Below, piece by piece: positions 1-9,220 of a stretch of 64,000 bases of DNA (its first letter is position 1; every line of letters begins with the position of its first letter). The notes below the pieces were generated by a model. The model saw only the letters and a list, made by a program, of their open reading frames with translations. It was not told the DNA's origin and ran no database searches. The DNA comes from an uncultured Methanoregulaceae archaeon. Its GTDB lineage: Archaea; Halobacteriota; Methanomicrobia; Methanomicrobiales; Methanospirillaceae. The position numbers were made by a program, and so were the translations under genes. The stretch is from contig OY970343.1 of assembly GCA_963717525.1 (NCBI GenBank), positions 576,001-640,000 of the forward strand. Reading direction: 5' to 3'.

Positions 1-472
1 TACTCAGGCTGCCAAGTTCGCGGATACCGTGAACATCGAGAACCAGCGACCAGATCGAAAAGAAAAAACCGATCCATGGGATCCATCCGTATACAAAAAA
101 AGGGGTCATCCCGTACACGATCGCTTTTACGGTCTGCGCAAGCCCGTTCCTCCCGCCGAGGATCCAGACCCAGAGATGGACCCATACACTGAAAAGCAGC
201 GTAAAAACCGTCCCCGCGATAAAGATTGAAATAATAGAAATGATTGATGCCAGCACCATTGCACCTGCCCCGGAAACGAATGATGTTCCAGGCAGGACAT
301 GCGTGAAGGACCCGACAATTGCTGCAAAAACGACACTGAGAACGGCGAAAATCAAAAGGAGTGTGGAGAAATAGTGGCTCACGGTCTTTTCTGTATCGTC
401 CCGCGATTCCCGGAATGCCTCACCGGGAGTAGAGAGAAATTTTCTGGCACGTGCGATGCCCGTGTCAAGCAT
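1..472 (-). CDS. Yip1-family membrane protein (runs off left edge; not in ORF track)
   Basis: Manual translation from ATG at 472: MLDTGIARARKFLSTPGEAFRESRDD...HLWVWILGGRNGLAQTVKAIVYGMTPFFVYGWIPWIG..., open to base 1; hydrophobic pattern typical of archaeal Yip1. Confidence 0.8.
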   Translation of the reverse strand, partial: MLDTGIARARKFLSTPGEAFRESRDDTEKTVSHYFSTLLLIFAVLSVVFAAIVGSFTHVLPGTSFVSGAGAMVLASIISIISIFIAGTVFTLLFSVWVHLWVWILGGRNGLAQTVKAIVYGMTPFFVYGWIPWIGFFFSIWSLVLDVHGIRELGSLS

Positions 473-832
473 ACATGAACCAATGCCAGACAATTATTTA
501 AACAAATGTACGACCCGCTCCTTTGAGAGCCGTGTACTAATTGACACATGATCCGCGGCCCGCAATTGTTGGAGGCGAGGGGTACCCCCTCCCGGGTTAA
601 TGTATCGGTCCCGGGATACTTTGTTCCCGCACATCATGTTATACGCTGGCATAACCTATTATTATGTACATAAACGGTTTTGGGCATACATACGATCGCG
701 CCCGATCCTGATGATCGAATACCAGCGATCCATGACCTCCCCGGTGAAATCTTTTTGTAGTAGTGATCGATTAAAAACCAGGCCCTGGTATCTTTTACCC
801 TCTGGTCGAAGCAACATATCAAAGAGCAGACA

Positions 833-1030
833 ATGGCGAAACAATTATTAAAATCGGTAGTTATGGGAACACACTCCGGATATATCATCCGGTGGACCTG
901 TCCCGCGTGTTATGCAGACAATGCAATCATCAACAGGACCGCCGGGGAGTTTTTCAAGGAAGCCCGGGATTCCACATGCCGGCAATGCAGGCAGCGCTCA
1001 ACCATTTCAACACCCCGCCTTCGTAATTAA
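833..1030 (+). CDS. small Zn-ribbon protein
   Basis: 65 aa with CPAC...CRQC; followed by T-rich tract. Confidence 0.6.
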   Translation: MAKQLLKSVVMGTHSGYIIRWTCPACYADNAIINRTAGEFFKEARDSTCRQCRQRSTISTPRLRN

Positions 1031-1070
1031 CCGGCATTTCCTTTTTTGATTTTTACGAGCGGAACATCCT

Positions 1071-1150
1071 GAAAAATACGACCCCTCCCTCATTGCCCCT
1101 CCGGGGTTTGTGCGGTTCTCTTTTTCCTGATCCGCCATGGGTCCCCCCTT
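1071..1150 (-). repeat. partial inverted copy of GC-hairpin repeat family B
   Basis: Reverse complement contains ...ggcggatcag...ccccggaggggcaatgag...tatttttc, matching blocks at 51141-51243 and 52571-52706. Confidence 0.6.
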
Positions 1151-1273
1151 CATGAGTGTCTTCGTACTATTTCGTCATTGTACACGAACGATGATTCTTA
1201 TGCCATCCCGGCCGTGTGAAAGCCTTTTGTAGTTTCATCATATAAGAATGAAATCAATACTTGAGTGATCACC

Positions 1274-1672
1274 ATGACCGACAAGAAAGGGCATTTCGAT
1301 AAGGGGCTATGGGTGGAAGACCCCGTTGCAGCCCCCGCAAAAGAGCAGAGCCAGATCGACGTCCGCCTCGCCGCCGCAACCAAATCGGTTCTCTCCGCGA
1401 TGGACGATCTCGCAAAGGTCACCCACGATCTCGTGGCAACAGAAGAGGGCAAGAAACATATCGAGAAGACCGTGAATGAGACTACGGTGCAGGTCCGGAA
1501 GTCCTTTGACGATATACTCGCCCGGGCCAGGGCCGAGGTGGATAAGGCGAAGGCTGATGTGGAAAAGGTAAAGGCTGAAGTGGAAAAAGCAAAGGCCGAT
1601 ATGACCAAGGCAAAACCCGAAGCGGAAAAGGCGAAGGCCGGCATGGGCAAACCGACCGTGCCAAAAAAGTAA
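1274..1672 (+). CDS. hypothetical coiled-coil protein with heptad (KAKADVE-type) repeats
   Basis: ORF 1265..1672; ATG at 1274; repeated EKAKA(D/E) units in C-terminal half. Confidence 0.7.
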   Translation: MTDKKGHFDKGLWVEDPVAAPAKEQSQIDVRLAAATKSVLSAMDDLAKVTHDLVATEEGKKHIEKTVNETTVQVRKSFDDILARARAEVDKAKADVEKVKAEVEKAKADMTKAKPEAEKAKAGMGKPTVPKK

Positions 1673-1731
1673 GCGATAGTGGCGAGATCCCCGCATGGGA
1701 TCTCAGTTTCCTTTTTCCTGTGACCTTTCCC

Positions 1732-2283
1732 TCATCCTACGTTCTTTTTTATCCACGCAACGTAGTGGTCCATCCAGTTCTGCAGGTAGGCCCTGCTCCC
1801 GGCCCCGATGTTTCCAGCATCGTCAAACATGCCCTCCCTCATCTGGAGGTAGGCCTCGGGCTGGCGGAGCACGGCGACATCAAGGTAGGAGAGGACGTTT
1901 CGTAAGTGCTGCTGGGCCAGGGCCGTGCCGATGGCACCGGTGGAGACGCCGATGATCCCTGCCGGTTTTCCCGCCCACACACCTTGGCCGGGCGGTCGGG
2001 AGCCTTGATCAAGGGCGTTCTTGAGCAGCCCCGGGATCGAACGGTTGTATTCCGGGGAGACGAACAGCAGGCCACTGGCTGCCCTGATCTCGTTTTTCAT
2101 CCGTACGACCTCCGGGGCCGGGTGCTCATCGTCGTCCTGGTTATACAGCGGCAGGTCGCCGATCCTCACCTGGCGGAAGGAAAATTCCGGCGGTGCCAGC
2201 TTCACGATGGCATCGGCAAGTTTCCGGTTGAATGAATCCTTCCGGAGACTTCCGACGATAACGGCAATCTGGTACTGGTTCAT
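1732..2283 (-). CDS. NAD(P)H-dependent FMN reductase (ChrR/SsuE flavodoxin-like)
   Basis: GSLRKDSFN and SPEYNRSIPGLLKNALD motifs. Confidence 0.92.
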   Translation of the reverse strand: MNQYQIAVIVGSLRKDSFNRKLADAIVKLAPPEFSFRQVRIGDLPLYNQDDDEHPAPEVVRMKNEIRAASGLLFVSPEYNRSIPGLLKNALDQGSRPPGQGVWAGKPAGIIGVSTGAIGTALAQQHLRNVLSYLDVAVLRQPEAYLQMREGMFDDAGNIGAGSRAYLQNWMDHYVAWIKKNVG

Positions 2284-2461
2284 GCATCATACCTTCGTGG
2301 GGTACGGTATCTGTATTTCCCTGCCCCTTCAAAAAGACATGTGCCCATCCGGCATCTCCAGGCTTTTGAGAGGAATTTTCCGCCGCGATGCTACCACCCC
2401 CCCTTGGTATTTTTCTCAAGTGATTTATACCGGTATATGGTATAATTCACTAAACCCGGCT

Positions 2462-3061
2462 ATGTCGCCACTGAACAGGATCCCCGGGGCAGGACCGGTG
2501 AATAAACCTCCGGTTACCCGCCACATAATCAGGCCGGAGAGATGGATCTTCTCCGGCCTCCTTCTCGCCCTGGTTCTCGCGCTCGTGTGCGGTCCGGCCC
2601 TTGCCCTTCCTGACCCGCCACCGGGCGCCGGTGCCGGGCATTTTGACCAGGGAATTACGGTATACTGGCCGTATCATGCTTCCCTCATGGTAACAGGTTT
2701 TATTCTCCTCTTCTCCGGGTTTATTGTCGCACGGTACCACAAGACCAAGAACTGGTTCAAAACGCACGCCCTTCTCCAGGTCTGCGGAGGTGCCTGCATC
2801 ATCGCCGGCATGGCGGTTGGCGTGTACATGGTCACGCTCTCCGGTTTCCCCCCTCTCCGGAATATTCATGAGATCCTCGGCGTGACGACCGTATTCCTGG
2901 TCATCATCGCCCTTGCACTGGGTTACAGCGTCCGGCGGGTTCACACCGCAAAAACTGTTGTCCGTATAAGCCATCGCTGGCTGGGGAGGATTGTGATCGG
3001 TCTCATGGCGGTCACCATCGTTCTTGGTATCTACTTTTTGTCTCTCATCCTTCGCCGGTAG
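2462..3061 (+). CDS. cytochrome b561-like membrane protein with N-terminal signal peptide
   Basis: Four spaced His in TM helices: HASLM..G..ARY..WF..HALLQ, HEILG, HRWLGR; start uncertain (ATG 2462 or a later GTG). Confidence 0.7.
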   Translation: MSPLNRIPGAGPVNKPPVTRHIIRPERWIFSGLLLALVLALVCGPALALPDPPPGAGAGHFDQGITVYWPYHASLMVTGFILLFSGFIVARYHKTKNWFKTHALLQVCGGACIIAGMAVGVYMVTLSGFPPLRNIHEILGVTTVFLVIIALALGYSVRRVHTAKTVVRISHRWLGRIVIGLMAVTIVLGIYFLSLILRR

Positions 3062-3089
3062 GTCGACTGTTGTTTTTTTTATAAATATT

Positions 3090-3313
3090 GACTCTGTAGC
3101 AATCCTCAATGGGATTTGTAAGCACGCTCTTGGGGGCTAAAGCCCCCGCCGCTTTGGCATCCCCCGGTTGCGATAGTGCCGTATTACCTGCAACATAAAG
3201 ATGGATGTTTCATGTACAGGTAGGTACAAAGGCATCGCGTACTCCCCCGCCCCCTTTGGGGGCAGGACTGACGTAAAGGGGGTTTATCTCAAAAAAAAGG
3301 TTTTCTACAGAGC
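3090..3313. mobile_element. MITE family A, copy 1
   Basis: Imperfect TIRs gactctgtagcaatcc / ggttttctacagagc; flanks ataaatatt / ataaacatt (8/9); colinear with 11545-11778. Confidence 0.8.
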
Positions 3314-3424
3314 ATAAACATTCAAAAAGCGATGGCTGCACCTGACGGGCCACCCTCCCAGATCCGGCGTATTTCCTGAAGTCGGCGGATCTCCCCGGCA
3401 GGTTTCCTGTTCATCCCGGGCATT

Positions 3425-5158
3425 TCACGCGTGGCCGGAGAGCATCCGGTACGCCCGGGCAATCTCTGCCACGCTCCATGCCTGGGCAATGCACCCGTTG
3501 GGATGGAATGGCGGGTCGCCATCAAAGATCTCGGATATGTACCCTATCCCCGCCTCCCTCCCATGCAAAAGGATTGGAACGAGGATCTGTGCCGCCCGTT
3601 CCCGGGGAACCCCGTTCCGGAGGAGTGCCTCAGCATAATAACCGGTAAGCCAGGGCCAGACACACCCGTTATGATAACTGCTGTCGCCCGTGTACTGTCC
3701 CTTGTAATCAGGATCCGACTGCGAAAGCGTGCGGAGCCCGTACGGTGTCAGGAGCGCCCGGGAAATTGTGCCAAGCGCAGTTGCGGCCTGCTCCGGGCTG
3801 ACGAGACCAAGAGCGATCGCAATCACCTGGTTTGGCCGGACAGAGGAATCGACCGGATCGATCACGTCATACAGGCACTCCCGTTCCTTATTCCAGAACC
3901 GCCCGAATGTCCTGCGTGCCGATTCGGAACTGACCGGCACCGGGATCCCCATTGCCTCCGCTTCTGCCAGGGCATGTACCCAGAGAGCATTGACCTCGAC
4001 CGGTTTCCCCGCACGGGGCGTGAACGGGGTATCCATCCACGTGCTCCCCGGGACAACGGAGATCAGGTCATGGTCCAGCCTGGCAACAGGGGAAGACGGG
4101 TATTTTGCCAGAATATTTTCCATTACCGGCTTCATCTTCTCCATGAAGGGATCGTCCCCCCACCGGCGCCGGTACCGGACGAGGGCCTGGATAAACCATA
4201 ACGAGGCATCGCTGGTGTGATAATTGTCAGGAAACCTGTTGGGGATCACGCCATCCCTGTTCAGAGCGGAAAGCCGCCTGAGCACGGCGCGGGCCTCGTC
4301 TCGCATCCCGCGTTCAATGAGCAGGCCGGTAACACTGATGGCCGAATCACGCCCCCATGATTCGCAGAACCAGTGGTAGCCGGCATATATCTCGTCTCCC
4401 TGGCAGAATGCATCCGCTGCCCGGTCCAGCCAGCCGGGTATGGCCTGGGGTGACCGTGCACGGGGCGGGTCCGGTGGATCGAGTGCTGCGCCGGTGCAGC
4501 GGAACAGGACGGCAGAATTCCTTACCTGTCCCTGGAAAACACCCGGTGAATAGAGATCCTCCACCGGTTCGTACCCCCGTTCGTACTCCCGCTGGTACCA
4601 GAGATTCCGGTAGGTGACAGGGCTGGCCTCGTAGGGCAGATCTCCGTGGAAAAAAATCTCTCCCCACCGGAACCCGTCGGGTTCGTTCGTGCAGCCCGGG
4701 GCAGGGTCCCTCATGACCCCATGCACCGGCCGGTCGGTGATGAGGGGACGGATCCAAAGGTCGGCATCGCCGGTGATATCGTAGGTCACCGAAAGGCTCC
4801 CGTCAAACGTGATCGTCTTTTTTACGATGATGCCATCGATCCAGTAAACCCACGACGGGGGGTATGCCGAAAATGCCGCAAGGTACCGGAGCCCCCCATC
4901 GTTCGCTACCCCCTGGTACTGCTGGGAGGAGAGCTGGATCCCGTTCACCCGTTCATCAAGCCCGGCGAGAAGGAGGCGTCCGTCCCTGACAAAAAGCCCG
5001 TGGTATTTCCTGGTGTTGCCTCCTACGGTCGAGGAAGCGTACACGTGGTACGATACCAGGAGAAATTCAAGGCTCCGGGCAGTTCCGGGGATCTGGACCT
5101 CCCGCCCGTACTGGAACACTCTTGAAGCACTCCTTGTAATTTTTTTAACTGTCGGCAA
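3425..5158 (-). CDS. glycogen debranching enzyme / amylo-alpha-1,6-glucosidase (archaeal GDE)
   Basis: TRKYHGL N-domain; AGYHWF..WGRD, DASLWF, TWMD..TPRAGKPVEVNALW, YHNG.VWPW, QAWSVAE. Confidence 0.92.
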   Translation of the reverse strand: MPTVKKITRSASRVFQYGREVQIPGTARSLEFLLVSYHVYASSTVGGNTRKYHGLFVRDGRLLLAGLDERVNGIQLSSQQYQGVANDGGLRYLAAFSAYPPSWVYWIDGIIVKKTITFDGSLSVTYDITGDADLWIRPLITDRPVHGVMRDPAPGCTNEPDGFRWGEIFFHGDLPYEASPVTYRNLWYQREYERGYEPVEDLYSPGVFQGQVRNSAVLFRCTGAALDPPDPPRARSPQAIPGWLDRAADAFCQGDEIYAGYHWFCESWGRDSAISVTGLLIERGMRDEARAVLRRLSALNRDGVIPNRFPDNYHTSDASLWFIQALVRYRRRWGDDPFMEKMKPVMENILAKYPSSPVARLDHDLISVVPGSTWMDTPFTPRAGKPVEVNALWVHALAEAEAMGIPVPVSSESARRTFGRFWNKERECLYDVIDPVDSSVRPNQVIAIALGLVSPEQAATALGTISRALLTPYGLRTLSQSDPDYKGQYTGDSSYHNGCVWPWLTGYYAEALLRNGVPRERAAQILVPILLHGREAGIGYISEIFDGDPPFHPNGCIAQAWSVAEIARAYRMLSGHA

Positions 5159-6386
5159 GTTCCCGGTAGACCATGAGGGTGTTTTCTGCGGCTGTGTCCC
5201 AGGTAAAGTGCTCGATCACCCTGCTCCTGCCGTTCCTGCCCATCGTTTCAGCAAGGTCATGGTGCTTCAGGATCGCGATGGTAAACTTTGCAATATCAAG
5301 GGGATCGTACGGGTTGATATGGTAGCCGCAGATTCCCTCCCCTGCGGGAATCACCTGCTCGCGGAAACCTGAGGTCCCCCGTGCCCCGACAACGACCGGT
5401 TTTCCCATCGACATGGCCTCGGTACAGACAATGCCAAAGGGTTCGTATTTCGAGGGCAGGACAACGACATCGGACGCAGCATAATACAGGATGCGTTCCT
5501 CTTCCGGTGCCATCCTGAAATGTAAAATCACGTTCTCTTCAAGATGGTGGTTGTGCACCATATGCACGAGCATCTGCTCCATATCGCCGAGGCCAAGAAT
5601 GACCAGTTTTGCATCGGGGATCTCTTTTACGATATGGATCATTGCCCGGACAAGGGTGTCGGCTCCTTTCACCCACGTGAGCCGGCCGATGAAAAAGATC
5701 ATCGGCGAATGCCCGACCCCGATCTTTTCGCGGAACGCCTCGATCTCGCGGGACGTAAACCGTGCGGGATCGTATTTCTTCTCATCGACACCATTGTGGA
5801 TGACCCGTATCTTCTGCTCCGTGTACCCGTAGCTTACCAGTTCGTCCCTCATGGCATAGCTGACCGTAACGATACGGTCTGCGATGGTGGCGGACAGGTG
5901 TTCAATATCCTTGATGGTCGGGGAGCCGGTAGGGTTTCGTCCCTGTTCCGTTGAATGGAAGTGAAAGACAAACGGTACCTTGAGGTTCCTTTTGGCCGTG
6001 ATGCCGGCAAGCGCCGCGAGCCAGTCGTGGGAGACCAGCAGGTCGTAATGCAGGTTCTCCTTCGGGACGAGGTAATTTACCAGCTTCGATGCAGAAAGCA
6101 GGTTGTACAGGAGGGTTTCGGCGAAAAATTCCTGCCCGTTCTCATCCCATGTCTTCACCTCTGCCGGGTTGATAATGGAAATAATATCGGAAACTTTCAT
6201 CAGCAGTGGGCGGTGGATATCTATGCCCGAACGGATCTCAGATGTCGGATCGCTGCCCGTATTCCGGGAAAAAACAGAGAGTGAATGTCCTCTCCGGACG
6301 AACTGGCGGGAGATCTCGTCTGCATACGTCCCGAGGCCCCCCCGGAAAAAGGGAGGGAATTCATCGACGAAATAGGCAATTTTCAT
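5145..6386 (-). CDS. GT4 glycosyltransferase (putative glycogen synthase)
   Basis: EFPP..GGLG, HDW, HSTE.GR, PSKYEPFGIV..EAM; ATG 6386 overlaps upstream stop (ATGA). Confidence 0.9.
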   Translation of the reverse strand: MKIAYFVDEFPPFFRGGLGTYADEISRQFVRRGHSLSVFSRNTGSDPTSEIRSGIDIHRPLLMKVSDIISIINPAEVKTWDENGQEFFAETLLYNLLSASKLVNYLVPKENLHYDLLVSHDWLAALAGITAKRNLKVPFVFHFHSTEQGRNPTGSPTIKDIEHLSATIADRIVTVSYAMRDELVSYGYTEQKIRVIHNGVDEKKYDPARFTSREIEAFREKIGVGHSPMIFFIGRLTWVKGADTLVRAMIHIVKEIPDAKLVILGLGDMEQMLVHMVHNHHLEENVILHFRMAPEEERILYYAASDVVVLPSKYEPFGIVCTEAMSMGKPVVVGARGTSGFREQVIPAGEGICGYHINPYDPLDIAKFTIAILKHHDLAETMGRNGRSRVIEHFTWDTAAENTLMVYRELADS

Positions 6387-7522
6387 GCAACCACCCGGGA
6401 ATACGTTTCGGTCATCTTCTCGCCGATCGGGCCCCACAGGAACTTGCGGTCGATCTTTTTCCTGCCCCTTTTCCCGAGTGCAACAGCCTGTGAGGGGTCA
6501 TCAATTACCGTGTTGATCCCCCATGCAAGTGAGTCCGGGGAGGGTTCCACCGTCACTCCATCAACGAATGCATCGATGTTTTCAGAAAGCCCACCCACGT
6601 TGGATGCAACAACCCCTTTTTCAGCGCTCCAGGCTTCCAGCAGCACAAGACCGAACGGCTCGTTCCTGCTGGGGATTACCACGAGATCGCAGGCGTTCAG
6701 GAGACGGACATACTCAGAATCAGGAACGTACCCCACAAAATTAGCAGGGAGATCCTTTGCCCGCTCCACCAAAAACTGATGCATGTCCCCCTCACCTGCA
6801 ACGATTAACTTTGCATCCCAGTGATTTTGGCATACGGTTCTCATTGCCTCGATAAGCAGGTCAGGACCTTTCTGGTAGACCAGCCTGCCGATGAAGAGGA
6901 TGAGCGGGGCGAATGGGTGGATCCCGTATGCCTGCTTTACTTCACCAGCGTCGATCTCAGCGCGGAACTGATGCGGCACCACCCCATTGGGTACCACATC
7001 ACATTTCCAGTCGGGCACATTATAGAGCTGCATGACCTCGTTTTTGAGTGTTGCTGAAACAGCCGTTACCCGCTTTGCGATGAGGCCCCCGTACCACTCC
7101 TTGCCGGAGATCTCCTTAAACTCCCACCAGTCGCCAGACTGGTTTCCGCTCCTGCCGTATTCTGTTGAATGATAGGTAAGAATGGTGTTCCTGTCCTGAA
7201 GGATATGGAGCGCCTGTACTGCATGCCAGTCATTAAAATGGAGATAATCAAATTTCCGGCCAGTATCGAACCGGTGAAAATTTTCTACCATCAAAAGACT
7301 CATGCTGTTGCAATACTCCACGATGTTGTTGCCCTGGGGCTGGCAGTAATGATAGTGAACACCATTGATCGTCTGGTCCTGAATCCCGCCGCGGGTAAAG
7401 AAGTGAACTTCGTGGTGCTGTGCCAGGGTTTCCGCGAGATGGGTTGCAGCCCTTGCCAAGCCTCCCACGCGTTCGGCATAGAGCGATTCCCAGCAGAAAA
7501 TGGCTATCTTGAGTGACTCCAA
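6383..7522 (-). CDS. GT4 glycosyltransferase, paralog of 34280..35419
   Basis: WESLY..VGGL, HSTEYGR, PSRNEPFGLVLLEAW; TTG at 7522 preferred (gives MESL as in paralog, GGAGG spacing), ATG 7528 alternative. Confidence 0.9.
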   Translation of the reverse strand: MESLKIAIFCWESLYAERVGGLARAATHLAETLAQHHEVHFFTRGGIQDQTINGVHYHYCQPQGNNIVEYCNSMSLLMVENFHRFDTGRKFDYLHFNDWHAVQALHILQDRNTILTYHSTEYGRSGNQSGDWWEFKEISGKEWYGGLIAKRVTAVSATLKNEVMQLYNVPDWKCDVVPNGVVPHQFRAEIDAGEVKQAYGIHPFAPLILFIGRLVYQKGPDLLIEAMRTVCQNHWDAKLIVAGEGDMHQFLVERAKDLPANFVGYVPDSEYVRLLNACDLVVIPSRNEPFGLVLLEAWSAEKGVVASNVGGLSENIDAFVDGVTVEPSPDSLAWGINTVIDDPSQAVALGKRGRKKIDRKFLWGPIGEKMTETYSRVVA

Positions 7523-7823
7523 AGACATTCCCTCCGTTTAAAAATCAGGTACCCGGGATCCTTTCGTTCTGTACAATCCTTTCATCACGGTATCAGGTTT
7601 GCGTTACCCGGGCTGTTCTTCCTCCGGTTCGTGAATCCTTCCCTGATCATCCATTGCAGGGAAAACGGCCGAGTGAGGTCCCCTCAGAGCCCCGGAACCG
7701 TCTGATGCTCTCCGGAATGCTTATCAGTGATTTTATGATTCCAAAAGACAGGATATAAAAATGATCGTTCTTTGCAATTTTTGAGAAAGGCACTTTTCTC
7801 CTCATACCAGGAAGATTGTGCCC

Positions 7824-9098
7824 TCAGAACGGATCTGCAACGAACGCCGTTGATGAAAGGATGTCACCAAGCCCGGTTGTTTTCCGGACATTGTGCGAAA
7901 TGCAGGTGGGGATGACCACCACGATCCGGTCACCGGTCCTGAAAATGCCGGGCGATTCATCCGGACCAAATGCTGTCCGGATATCCGCATATGCCTGAAG
8001 GCCTTCCCGTGACAGGACCGGGCCGCTCCCTCCCGCTGCACCGGCTGCCTCCTCGGCAGCAAAGAGGAGGGCATTCCGGGATAATTCCGGCTGCCCGGCC
8101 CCGGGTTTCAGGATAAGGATATAATACCCGAAGGTATGCAGGTGGAGCCGGGGCACGCCCGTGGCATGGGCAAGGGCGAGGGCATCATGCACCAGTGCAA
8201 CCGGGGATGCGGGGAGTACTTCCGGCGGTTTCGGGTCCGGCGCCCCCGGTGCCTGTGTGAACATGACCAGTTCGTGTTCATTGAGCCCGATACTGTCCGT
8301 ATTTTTAAGGATATGATCGAGCATCATAGAAAGGACCGGGGGTGGCGTCCCGGAAACGCATTCAACGTGTGTCCGCATCCGGGAATGAATGTTCCGGATC
8401 CGTAACAGCTGCCTTGCGGCGGTGACAAACTCCTGTTCTGTCCGCAGGTACTGGTAGCCGGACAGGAATGCACGCCGGCATGTGGCGATCTGTTCGAGAA
8501 AAGCATCCTCTTTTTCCTCCGGGATGAGGATGGTGGATGGGTCATGGACCGGTGACACGATAAACCGGTTTTTCCGGGGCACAACCCCCTCAGCCACGGG
8601 TATGAGGCCCGGGGAAAATTCAAAAATAAGATGGATAATATCGGGATTATCGCCGGTTCCCGGATCGAAGGTCAAAGGAAGGATACCGGCACCCTCCAGC
8701 AGAGTTTGCGTATCGGGACCGGCGCCGGGGACAACACAGACCACCGGCGCGGCATTCAGCCTGCGCATCTGGATCGCGGCAATTCCCGCCTGCCCCCCGA
8801 TAACGAGAGAACCGGTGGTCGAAAAAAAACCGGAAAGAGCCTGGAAAACAGGGGGGTCATCGATAACCATCTCATCGGCTGCGCAATACCGCATCGAATA
8901 TTTCAGCCGTTCGAGAAGGGCCGCGAAGCCCGGCCCGGTCTGCTGCCGGAGATCACCGAGCAACGCCCGGGTGACCGGGATAGCCCGGTCGATATTTGCA
9001 TTGAACCCGGTCATGACCGGGCCCGGCTCCGGTCTTTGCAGGGATTTGTACAGGTCCGCCCACGTGCCGGTGTACACAAAAACACCACCTTGTCGCAC
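7824..9098 (-). CDS. ADP-dependent glucokinase/phosphofructokinase
   Basis: GFNANID, GGQAGI, IHLIFEF, NRFI, SIGLNE.EL, TTGLGDILSS; true start may be GTG 9077. Confidence 0.9.
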   Translation of the reverse strand: MRQGGVFVYTGTWADLYKSLQRPEPGPVMTGFNANIDRAIPVTRALLGDLRQQTGPGFAALLERLKYSMRYCAADEMVIDDPPVFQALSGFFSTTGSLVIGGQAGIAAIQMRRLNAAPVVCVVPGAGPDTQTLLEGAGILPLTFDPGTGDNPDIIHLIFEFSPGLIPVAEGVVPRKNRFIVSPVHDPSTILIPEEKEDAFLEQIATCRRAFLSGYQYLRTEQEFVTAARQLLRIRNIHSRMRTHVECVSGTPPPVLSMMLDHILKNTDSIGLNEHELVMFTQAPGAPDPKPPEVLPASPVALVHDALALAHATGVPRLHLHTFGYYILILKPGAGQPELSRNALLFAAEEAAGAAGGSGPVLSREGLQAYADIRTAFGPDESPGIFRTGDRIVVVIPTCISHNVRKTTGLGDILSSTAFVADPF

Positions 9099-9220
9099 GC
9101 CAGATTAGATGCCGGATGATGATAAAGGTGCTTTAGGGTGTCCTCTCATCTGTCCAGCGGTACTTCCCATAGTATTAACCATGGCTTAATCCAAAATGAA
9201 CCGGGAGGAAGATTTCGCAT

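Noticed and set aside
29..229. 66-aa plus-strand ORF
   Set aside because: Antisense shadow of the Yip1-family gene that runs off the left edge
2021..2461. N-terminal extension of the 346-aa ORF
   Set aside because: Overlaps the FMN reductase antisense; the membrane protein starts at 2462 or later
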